This document shows, one piece after another, positions 53,251 through 64,000 of a stretch of 64,000 bases of DNA. Within the stretch, counting starts at the first letter, position 1. Each line of letters starts with the position of its first letter. Both the position numbers and the translations under genes were made by a program. The notes beneath the pieces are model-generated. The model did no database searches. It was not told the origin of the DNA and saw only the letters and a list, made by a program, of their open reading frames with translations. The stretch spans positions 79,926,204-79,990,203 of the forward strand of contig NC_068983.1 of the NCBI RefSeq assembly GCF_001194135.2, read 5' to 3'. The stretch is from Octopus bimaculoides. Its lineage: Eukaryota.

Positions 53251-56200
53251 ACTAGGCACTTCAGTTTCCATGCATAAATAACTGCCATTAATGTAATATC
53301 TACAATAAAAATATGTAGTGATGTCTCAGCTATACTTTCTCTGAAGCAGAATTTGCATGAGTGCATTGTCTCAACTTTGGATATTACAAATCCTTCAAAA
53401 TATTAATTTGAAGCATACATATGTATGTGTGCGTGTGTGTCTGTCTGTCTCTGTGTGTACACACATCATTTAGCATTCAGTTTTCCATGCTGGTATGGGT
53501 TAAACAGATCATAGTGTCTCATCCTCTAAATTTAACACTGCTTTAACCATTTTCTACACAAACAGCTCTTGATAAACAGTTACATGTGGTTTATCATTCC
53601 CCACTTCATTACAAAAAAATAGAACCCTGTGAACTGTCTCCTATAGCTCAAGTTCAAGAACAAAATTACCACAAATATATTCATAGATTACACTTAGCTA
53701 TAAGGAATATCCACCTACCATTCACATTTTTCATGGTTTATATATCCCTGTTAATATATTTCCTCTAGCACTGTGAAAGTTGGTATTTACAGAGGTACCG
53801 TTCAACTTTGATCTTTTTAAAATATTTCCTGTCTCATTTCCTTATCAAAACTGACTATTAGATAAACTAGTTGAATGGCTGACTTTCTGAAGTTTGTGCT
53901 TCAGAAAATAAAACTTTTTTGTCACATTAATATTTTAGTTGTTTTGCATACTACTGGGTTATCTGCACATACATGTTGCCAACCTTCACATGGATACATT
54001 AAGATAAATATTCTATAACAGACCTAAGTTGTATTTTCTGTATACCCTATTTCTTTTTTTTTTTCTTTCTTTTCATATTACTAATTTAGAAGATTGATAA
54101 CTTATCTCATCAGTGTATCTCTGTGAGTCATTTCTGAATAAAATCAACATGTCTCCATTACTAATCTTCCTTCCATTGTTTCTGCATAACACATGGTATT
54201 AATCATGTTAGATGAGATGAAGAAGAAAATGTTGAGGTCAATCAGTATACTTGTAGCCCTTTCACTTAATTTTTTGTTATCATATCTATTCAGATATACT
54301 CTGCTTTTGTTTCAAATAATTTTTTAAATAATTACGAATTTAGTAAAGTAACTTAGTTGTTACTAAGCTGGTATTTGGAGCTTAAATTAACATAAAATTT
54401 TCATGAAAGGTTTAAATTTAGCCCACTTACAAGTCTGTATCATAGACGCAAGGATGATCCCAGATGGGTTAGTATCAAAAAGGTTAAAATGTAGTATTGA
54501 AATATCAACCTAATTCACTAATTTGTGTCATGTAGAAACTACTGAGAAATTCTCAACATAGTCATTTGACCTACAATAAATAGAAGACAAATCTTCTTTA
54601 TATCACACTTTACAGTCTTAAATATTGGAAACGACATATTTTATAATATAGTCCATTTTACACCTAAAACAACTACATAGCCATAGATGACCTGAGGTTA
54701 AACAGCAGCAACTAAATAAGAGCATGTGGATGTTTGTTAATTTGCATTTAAATGTGGTTAGGATTTTATTGTTGCATGCTGTTTCTGATAAAAGTTACTG
54801 ATGAAGCTCACTTGGTGGTAGTGTGGATTTTGTTCTGTCTAGATATGACTGAAAAAGATTGTCTTTATCATGATTTAAGGATCCAAATTCTTCATTTAAT
54901 AAAATAAAATAAAATAAAACAAAGTCTCAAAATTAATGAATAAATAAACAGGAGGAAAAAATGAAACAACAGGAATGATTAAAAAGTGATGACCAGAAAC
55001 AGAAGTTGTGATTTGTGGAACCACATGAATTTTTGAAAGGGTAATCATTGAGATAATATATAAATCTATGAAATTCACCTTTTAAGTTTTGTGCCAAAAT
55101 GTTATAGTTATCAATCAGCTCAACCATTTATATATACAGACTCATATACACTAATTAAGCTATCTTTTAAATGTATTCATTTTCACTATGATTAAACATG
55201 TTATGGGGCTTTGGGACTTAAAATGTATATATACTGTAAGCTTTCTATGGTTAATAAGCTTAATTGACAACCAGAGGGTCTCAGGTTCAATCCCTTTGCA
55301 TGGTATCTTGGGCAAATGTCCTTTTCTACAGCCTTGAGTTAACCTATACTTTGTGAGTGAAACTGGGATGATAAAAATTGTATAGGAGCTTGTCAGATGG
55401 ATTGTACCTGTAATTCAAAAAGGTACAGTCTTGTCACTTACTGTGTCATGCTGATTCTGTCTGAGAATTATATTAAGACTACACATATCTGTGCCACTAA
55501 CTCAAGATCAAGGAATTTATTTAATCAAGCAACTGAATCCTCATCAATTGACTGTCAGAGATCTACCACTACCAATGACTGGAAGGTGCTAGTGGGTTTG
55601 AATGAAAATTCACTCATGTTTCCAAGCCGTATTGCAAAAATAAATTTAACAAAAGTCCTTAAAGCTGAGTAAATGATACGTTGAAAGCAATATGAAGTGA
55701 AGCACATGAAAAGAAGAAGCTAAAATATGAAAAACTAAGGGAATTGTGTGAGGTGCAAGAAAGATTGTGGTCAATTCTTCCAGCTGAGATGTTTTAGGTT
55801 TGTTTCTATCTCCATTATGTCCCACCAAATGGTCAATGGATTTAAGAAAGACAGAAAATGATTCATGAACTAAGTGGAAAACAGAAAATGCATCATCATG
55901 ATGTATTTGTAAAAAAAAAAAAGCTGAGGGTAAAAGACAAATATTCAGTTTATAGTAAAGGAAAAAAATAGTTGCTACAGTTGGTGTGATTGCAGCAGTA
56001 CCCAGTTCAGGGTGGTGGCTGCATGGATGACAGAGGGGAAAAAGACATGCTACAGTCTGGGCCAAAAGAACTGAACATTCTTTGACAGCATTAATGCTGC
56101 TCAGTACTGCCAGAACAAGTAATATGGAAAGAAGGTGCTGAAATTGTTGTAATTCCCAATTGACAGCTGAAGAAAGGAGTCCATCAATGCAAGCTGTACA

Positions 56201-56369
56201 GAAAATACTGAATGTTTACATTGTAATATGTTAAGTATTAAAAGCTATTTATTTGTCTGCCTTAGGAGGAACACTCATTTGGGACTAATGCAGATAATGG
56301 CTTCATGTTCTGTTGGCTAGTATTTGGTTGGATTACACCGAGCTTGTCTTAAAGTTATTTTCATAATAT

Positions 56370-56581
56370 TGGTTTCAAATTTTGGCTCAAGGCCAGCAAG
56401 TTCAGGAGAGGGGTAAGTCCATTACATCAACCCAAGTATTCAACTGGTACTTATTTTATCGCCCCCAAAAGGATGAAAGGCAAAGTTGACCTCAGTGGAA
56501 TTTGAACTCAGAACATGAAGATAGATAAAGTGCCACCAAGCATTTCGCCCAGCATACTAACAATTCTGCCAGCTCACCACC
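56370..56581 (-). mobile_element. Family A SINE
   Basis: Near-complete reverse complement of 10392-10603. Weaker family A relics lie near 3640-3790, 33330-33480, 44080-44240, 45060-45240, 46205-46420 and 52830-52980. Confidence 0.9.
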
Positions 56582-57327
56582 ATAGATATACATAACAATA
56601 TTGATATGGTCTTATATGTTGCAATCTGCAATATTTAACAAATTTGGTTTACAGAATTTCCTACAGACAGATGTCAAAATAACTCTCTGCTCTCTTAAGA
56701 AAATCACATTTGATGAGTAAATTTCTCAAAATCATATTCTTTAACAATTTTCAATGTTAACACACATGCATGCACACACACACACATGCGTGCACACACA
56801 CACACACACATGCTCATATATAATATAATTTTGGAAATTAATCTTTACCAGCATAGTTTAAAGACCTCTGTCAGACATTTGTAGCTTCATTTGAAAGATA
56901 GACTCAGCTGATCAAACATCACTGAGACATCATTCACATGGAAGCAATAATTAAGTTAGTGTTAACATATTTAATGTAATGAACATCAAAAATCTAGTTA
57001 GAAATACTTATGTGGTGAGGGGAGACACTATTACCTTACTGATAAATACCATTCTAATAATTTTTGACAAGTACAGGAGAGAACTACAGATATCTTTAGA
57101 TTTGAATAGGCCTTCCCAGTAAAGCATAGACTTCACTATACTTGCTGAAGTAAAATAATGAGAAAATCACAAAGTAGGAAAAAAACTAAGGACAAAACTG
57201 GAAAATTAGCATATTTGAAAAAATAACAAACCAGAGATTTATTTCACAGAAAAGCTATCTGCTTGAAAAACAAGTTAAGTTAATGTAATGTCTGGACGTT
57301 TTTTCTATTTTTTCTTTATTTAATCAG

Positions 57328-57456
57328 TTAGTCAGAATTGGAAGGGCAGTGCCCATGATTATTTTCAGAGTCTCTAAGACCAATAAGAATGGACATTATC
57401 AGCTGAGTAGAAATCTGGTTTGGCTCAAATGCTTACAACAGAGTGGTCTTCACTCA
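57328..57456 (+). other. Candidate 129-nt symmetric (phase 0-0) exon
   Basis: ttttctattttttctttatttaatcag acceptor and tca|gtaagc donor; open frame LVRIGRAVPMIIFRVSKTNKNGHYQLSRNLVWLKCLQQSGLHS. No homolog recognised. Confidence 0.3.
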
Positions 57457-57764
57457 GTAAGCTCAGTATCAGCTGATGATGCTAAATATGGAATGACAAA
57501 TGAATCCTATCAACCAAGAAGAGGACTATCCCCAACCCCTAACAGACTTTCACACAATTTCTACCTATCAAATTTTGCTCACAATGTTTTGGTGCACTTG
57601 AAACTTTGGTTGGAGACACTTCAATTTAGATATTGAATCAAACTTGAAAGCAAGTAATTGCAAAGTGTATATTTTAACCATACACCTATCCTTGCACTTA
57701 CTTTACTAAACAAAATGGTTAAAATATTATTAGTCAAGTAGGAAAGCAAACAAATCATAAATCT

Positions 57765-59218
57765 CCTCTGATAGGTGGCCCTGCTTGATCTGTAAGAAAG
57801 GCATAGGTAGAAATTCCATGAGATGTACCTGGTGCAAGCTATGGACACAAAAGAGGTGTAGCAATATCAGAGGAAGGTTAACTGGGAAAATAGGTTTTGT
57901 GTGTGAAAGGTGCACAGGTACAATAAACACTAAAAATGTACAGAAAATAGACTCCATCAAATGCCAGTGGGGTACACCAGAGATAGTTGATAGCTTCTGT
58001 TATCTAGGTGACCAAGTCAGTTGCAGAAGCAGATACTCCGAGAGCATAGCTGTAAGAATAAGATTAGGCTGGGCAAAGTTCAGAGAGCTCCTACCTTAGA
58101 GTGAAAGGCAGATTGTATGATACCTGTGTGCAAACAGCTGTGCTACATGGTAGTGGAACATGGGCTGTGACCACTGATGACATGTGTAAGCTTGAAAGAA
58201 ATTAAGCTAGCATGCTTCGCTGGATGTGCAATGTCAGTGTGCATGTATGACAGAGTAAGTATCTTGAGAGAAAAGTTGGGCATAAGTGGCATCAGATGTG
58301 GTGTGCAAGAGAGACGACTGTACTGGAATAGTCATGTGAAGCATATGGATGAAGACAGCTGTGTAAAAAAATGCCAATCTCTAACTGTGGAAGGAACCTG
58401 TGGAAGAGGTAGACCCACGAAGACATCAGACAAGGTTGTGAAGCATGATCTTCGAATGTTGAGCCTCGCAGAGGCAATGACTAGTGACCAAGACCTTTGG
58501 TGATATGCCATGCTTGAGAAGACCCATCAAGCCAACTGAAATCATAGTCGTGGCCGATGCTGGTGTCACATAACTGGCACGTAAAAAGCACCACTCAAGC
58601 ACAGGGCCTCACAGAGGCAATGTGGCCAATGCCAGTATCATGTTACTGGCACCCATGCTGGTATCACATACCTAGCATTTAAAAAGCACCTGTTGAGCTG
58701 GGCCTCACAAAGGCAATGTGGCTAATACCAGTGTTGCATAACTGGCACTTGTGCTTGTGACATGTAAAAAGCACCTATCAAGCATTGGGCCACACGGAAG
58801 CATCTTGTACCCATGCCGGCGGCACATAAAAATCAGCTGTCAAGTGTTGGGTCTCACAGAGGCAATGTGCCTGTTGCCAGTGTCATGTATCTGGTACCTG
58901 TACTGGTGGTATGTAAAAAGCATCTTTCGAGCATTGGGCCTCACAGAGGTAATGACAAATGACGGAGAACTTTGGCAATGTGCTGTGCTTGAGAAGAAGA
59001 TCCATCAAGCGAAGTGAAATTATAGTCGTGGCAGATATTGATGGCACATAAAAGCACCCATCACACTCCCAGAAAGGTTGGCATTATGAAGGGCATCCAG
59101 CCTTAGAAACCATGCCAAATCAGACTAGAGTCTGGTGCAGCCCCTCAGTTTACTAGCCTTGGTCAAACCATCCAACCCAAGCCAGCATGGACAACGGATG
59201 CTAAATGATGATGATGAT
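57765..59218 (+). mobile_element. RTE-clade LINE 3' part (same family) with complete C-terminus and long modular 3' UTR
   Basis: WPCLICKKGIGRNS..., FCYLGDQV, GRGRPTKTSDKVVKHDLRML, then tandem 3'-UTR modules and a (GAT)n tail. Confidence 0.95.
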
Positions 59219-59522
59219 TGAGCTTTTCCTCTCTGCTAAATATTTTTAATTAGGTTTTGGGTTTTCTTTTTTTTTTTTTTGCTTAGTACACGAAATTTGT
59301 TCACACTATCTCAGCTAATTAACTTTATATACAACTTAGACAATTTTATGCAAACTAAAATGAGAAAAACTTTGTGTCTTCATTACTCTTTAAATAAACT
59401 ACCTAAAATATATATGATTTTAATAAAACTGAAAAAATAAATTTGAAGAAACATAAGCCATAGCAATAAAAGAAACATTCATTACATGAAAGTAAACTTA
59501 CATGTAACAAAGTTGCTTGCTA

Positions 59523-59560
59523 CTTTCATGGAAACTTGTCAGTACAAGTTTCCATGAAAG
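59523..59560. repeat. Perfect 17-bp inverted repeat with 4-nt loop
   Basis: ctttcatggaaacttgt-cagt-acaagtttccatgaaag. Confidence 0.95.
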
Positions 59561-60704
59561 GAAATTTCTATTGAAATTAAGAAACCTCAAGATTGCATAT
59601 ATATTGAAAACAAGTATTGACTTATATTCCCTCTACCCTTTATCACACCTCTCCTTTATTTTTTATTCTAGAGTTTCCTTTTAGAAAGTAAACATTATTT
59701 ATGTAAACTTTTCAAATTGCAAATATATAAGTTTGAATGATTAAAACTTCTAATTTAGTAACTTTGGGTTGCTAGTCTAGTAATAGGAAGGAAAAATTGG
59801 AAATTATCTTAGATAAATTCTGATATGGTGATTAAGGCTAGCTGCATTTCACTTATAGCTTTCATATGACTCAGTATATCTGAAGTATCCTGTTACATTG
59901 CATTCATTGGCAAGGTAGCTTGTACACTAAGGCAGTGTCCTTTTCATCTTATAGTAAATAGATGACCCATTGTTTGGTTTATGTGGGCTGAAAACGGAAG
60001 TCTAACTGAAAATAGGTAATTTAACTTTGTCTACCAACTAGCTATGACTAAACAGTTGAATTCTGAATGCTTTAGTTGATAGGTGTGTCTCAAACAGAAT
60101 CTAAATTCTCATGACTACTTTTTACAAATTTTATTGCCTAGTCTCTTATCAATAAACTGACGTAGTTTTTATATTTCTACTGAATTACATATTTGTTTCT
60201 TAGATTTCAATCATATTTGGATAAGGAGTTTGTTATGTGCTAATTTTATTTCCTTTTTTGAATACATGAAGTTATATCAAAGCTTAATATTTAAATATCT
60301 TTTACTTTTATTCATTTCTTTTTATATATTAAACTTCTCAGCTAAAGTAATTTACCTAATATCTCTAATATCAATTTAACTATTTTGAAAACTGTAAAGT
60401 TAACTGTAACCCATATCTTGAAATAACTGCTCTAAAAAAAAAAAGAATTCTATTGCTTAGTCAGATAAGGTCAAATAGTATCCATGACCTCTTTGCAGAA
60501 CCACTCAGACTGATGGGTTGGGAAGAAAGTGGGAAAGAAACCATGAATCATGGGTTGTTGCAGTAGGAAGCAGCACATCAAGATATCCTGTTATACTCAG
60601 ACTACAGATCTGGTTTGAATGTGGTAGCCAGGTGGTAGTCTTAAACTATGTGATGGTTTAAATCTACCAGCTAGCAACAGGTGCACTTTATACAAACATC
60701 TTTC

Positions 60705-60840
60705 TCACTGTTTTTGTGTACCCAGTTTCAGTCACAATCACATCAATAAAATCTCAAAGCTATGATATAATATGTGATTAATTTAAAAGGATGTGGATAA
60801 ATAAGCATTACCTTGACAGAGTAATCCGAATGCTAAAGGG
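60705..60840. mobile_element. Partial second copy of the piggyBac-like MITE (right end)
   Basis: ...agagtaatccgaatgctaaaggg followed by TTAA; matches about 11720-11837. Confidence 0.8.
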
Positions 60841-61999
60841 TTAAACTCCATTTTCTTATGTATTTTTTAGTGTTGATAAAATAAATGTTAATTTTTAATC
60901 TATCCATTGTATATAGTCTTAGTTTCATACTTGTATGTGAGCCACTGTCAACATCACTTCATGTAACCATCCATCACTTAGGTTTTATTTTCAATATTTC
61001 TCTTCTGTAGCTTAGATGATTAGTAAACATTTTGTATTATTTTTTTTTTGTGTGTGTGTATGTGTGTGTATCAATTGCTCTTACATTGTCATTTAATATT
61101 TTGACTGCATCATAATAAAAAAGAAATTATATTTGTTCACTTCAAATTAAATGTAATTGTTTCTCAGCTTCTGCATTTAAATATGTGCCAACTGGTACAC
61201 GACAAATTTTGAACAGATATTAATATTTCATTTCAAGATCAATTACTTGCTGAATGACATGCTATTATATTCATAGGGGTTTAACAAGGTGTTGAGTTCA
61301 AGTATTGCAAGTATCATAGAATGCAAGCAATCATTTATTGATGAGCAATTTCCTTTTGGGCATATCTCATACAGGTTTCCTCATATTACAGAAGAGCTAT
61401 GGTCATAAAATCTTGCTCTAATGTGGAGTTACATAATGCAAAACATATTTTCCCATTGTCTTCCATTTTCATTAACCTCTATGTTACAGTGAAATCAGTG
61501 GAAAAATAGGTTTCGTGTTATGCAACTCTATTTGTATAACATGAAATATTTTCAGAAGCACAACACTTCTGTAAAAACAGGCATAACTGTACTAAATTAT
61601 AATACTGTGTAACTCAACATTTCAATTAAGATGTAACTCAATGTTTGTAAAAAGTTCATCTTTTAGGAACTAGACACTTCTATTTGCAACTGTGCTCTAT
61701 CAACTCATTTGCTAATTATTTTTGAAAATAACTAAATTATAGAAAGTTCTTTATCTAACTACAAGTTTACTGAAATCCTTTTTCTTTTCCATTTCTTTGA
61801 ATGGTTGCTATCTAGAAAATACAAACTTAGATACCAACCATTTCACAAAGTGGGACTATTACCCACAAAACTTGATTCTGTTATAACATTTCTACATAAA
61901 TGTATTGATAGTTTTATTGAACTAAATTGAAGAAATATCAAACAGAGTTATTATTTGATTAATGTTCATTTTTGTAAAGGTTATTTATAAATATATATC

Positions 62000-62190
62000 A
62001 TCATTTATTATCCTTCTTCCATGCTGGTATAAGTTGCACTGTTTGGTAGGAGTTAGCAAGTCCAAGGATTGTACCAAGTTCTGTTGTCTCTCCTAGCACA
62101 GTTCCTAACACCAACCATTTAACAGATTGTATTGGGAGTGTATTGGTTGATTTTTCTGTGGTACTAGCAGCAGTGAGGTTGCCAGGTGAT
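62000..62190 (-). mobile_element. Decayed RTE 3'-UTR copy
   Basis: Degenerate reverse complement of the family tail. Confidence 0.6.
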
Positions 62191-63586
62191 GAGAAGTTAG
62201 AGCATGAATAGAGGGACAGTAGATAGATGGCTACCTCAGTTGGAGAGAGAGAGATGAGAAAGATAAGATGTGATGGGGATGGCATACATTCAAGTTACAG
62301 GGTGATGTATATAGTGAAATGTGTGTGTATGTGTGTATACTTACATGCTTATGTATACATACACATGTATATATAAAGATGTAACCATTTTTACTTTCTT
62401 TACAAGGTTAGTTTTATAACTTACACCCTGTTTTATTTGATGTTCTCTTTAATTTTCCATCATCTAGGTTTAACAAATATTTCATTAATGATAACCTATT
62501 TTCTTTAGATGTTAACAGTTTGGTATATTTGTTGTTGGCAGGAACATATTTTTCTTTACATTTTGTACATTACTAACCAAACATATCAAATTCAGTGTTA
62601 AGTTAACTCATAATATCACGCTTTACTTGTAACCGGATAAAGTGTCCTTAATTGATTCATGTTCGGAACTGAAACATAAGCAATAGTAAACATTTTGGAA
62701 TGTATTACACATTTCCCTTGAGACAAGAATATGACTCAAATGATTTTTATTTAAAAATAAATAAAATGTGCATTTTGTAGAAATTGAACAAAAGTTAATT
62801 TCATATTTTTTTTTAATTTTCATTTACTGAATATTAAATTTTTTTTTTCTTATATTAGAATGGATTTACCTATTTATGATGGATTTCTGAGAATTCATCA
62901 AATTCGACTTCATTTTAAAGTCTATTTTTCCTTGTTGATATAAATTGAGCAGCCAGTAAAATGACTTGTTTCCATGAATCTTAATCTTATGTCATCTCAT
63001 ATGTGTGACATAGAATTATCATTTACATACAATCTGGCCACTTAGTACAAAATCTTTGGTGTGCAGCTATCATTTTTACTTTCCATCACTTTTTAACCCA
63101 GCTTATGTTGGCCGTATGCTATATACCTAAAATGGTAATATTCTGATAGGGTTGGATGCAGACCCAAAAGGCCCTAAGCACTCAAAAGATTTTTATGCCC
63201 CTGTATATATGCAATTCTAAATATAAGCAATAATAAACCATAAAATAAATTTTTGCTTTTCAAAATGACACAAAACTAGCAGTAAGATGGCAAATAATGT
63301 TTGTATACTTCCACTTTATTTATATTTGAAAAGTTTTCTCCCATATTTTTTAATCACAAAATCTTTGATCAGATCCTTAAAATTCATCTTACATAACTAA
63401 TCAGCTTCTATACTTAAAGATGAGGCATCCTGAATATTATTTTAGCAAGTTTAAAGTGATTTCTTATGTGCTAGAAACCATTTGCCATTTCTGTGGTGCC
63501 TCCACTTCCCTTGATGCCCTAAGCGCATGCTTATTTTGCTTAATGGTTAATCTAACACTGTACTCTGACAATCTTCCAGAGATCTC

Positions 63587-63874
63587 TGTGGTATGACGTC
63601 AGTGTCTGGGGAGGCTGACCGGAAGGGCGAGTTGACCGGAAGGGGAAAAAGGGCAGAGGGAGCCTCGATCGGGATTCGTGCCCTTTTCGAATGGGGTTGT
63701 GGTCAGGACAAGACGTGTTAAGTGACGGCCTAAGTTTGGGAGAAGCAGCTGCTATTCCTGGTGTACTTTGGGTCGGGGCAAGCTTCAAGGATTGGATACC
63801 GCAAGACAGACTCGCAGTCGAGGAAAGGAAAACCGAGGTAAGGCGATTACATCTACTCGTACGCACACACCACA
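63587..63874 (+). mobile_element. 5' LTR (288 bp) of a young LTR retrotransposon
   Basis: Abrupt switch to GC- and CpG-rich sequence. TGTGGT...ACCACA terminal inverted repeats, followed by a short leader and a gag-like ORF. The 3' LTR lies outside the window. Confidence 0.8.
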
Positions 63875-63909
63875 AGCTATTTCGGCCCCACGTGCAGAAA
63901 TTCGCCGCG

Positions 63910-64000
63910 ATGGCAGCCACCAAGATTAGGATCGCCAGCGATGTGATCAGGCCTTTTAATGGCGAAGGAGATGTGATGGCTTGGATACAAAAAATTAGGC
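63910..64000 (+). CDS. gag: Gag-like ORF N-terminus of an LTR retrotransposon (probably Ty3/Gypsy), cut by the window end
   Basis: gccgcgATGG start context. MAATKIRIASDVIRPFNGEGDVMAWIQKIR resembles the F-x-G-x-G-D-V-x-x-W opening of invertebrate Gypsy Gags (family recall, not a search result). Confidence 0.7.
   Translation, partial: MAATKIRIASDVIRPFNGEGDVMAWIQKIR

Noticed and set aside
59930-60016. Acceptor/donor pair around an ETS-like acggaagt
   Set aside because: All frames contain stops and the signals are moderate, compatible with chance in AT-rich DNA.

Overview
AT-rich, microsatellite-dense eukaryotic DNA with four short assembly gaps. The SINE and LINE families resemble those I recognise from Octopus genomes, so an octopod origin is my inference, not a database result. 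No multi-exon protein-coding gene can be assembled, and the window looks like part of one very long intron, most likely transcribed on the + strand. Recognisable mobile elements include a full-length Tc1 element (4690-5883; 30-bp TIRs, TA TSD, DD36E spacing), several RTE-clade LINE copies with a PHD-like C4HC3 finger inside the RT, a 5'-truncated CR1 LINE, an R4/Dong-type RLE retrotransposon ending in (TAA)n, piggyBac-like and hAT MITEs, a decayed Tc1-like element with inverted 21-bp minisatellite arms, many tRNA-derived SINEs, and the 5' end of a young LTR retrotransposon at the right edge. The three strongest leads are: (1) a ratchet-point-like recursive splice site (ttccag|GTAAGT at 21546/21547) followed by a 58-nt RS-exon with stops in all three frames, inside a repeat-poor zone; (2) an LTR element whose PBS position holds a perfect 12-nt complement of the 5' end, not the 3' CCA end, of tRNA-Phe; (3) the PHD finger inside the RTE reverse transcriptase. 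Most SINE and decayed-element boundaries are approximate (tens of bp). No rRNA, intact tRNA or CRISPR array was seen.
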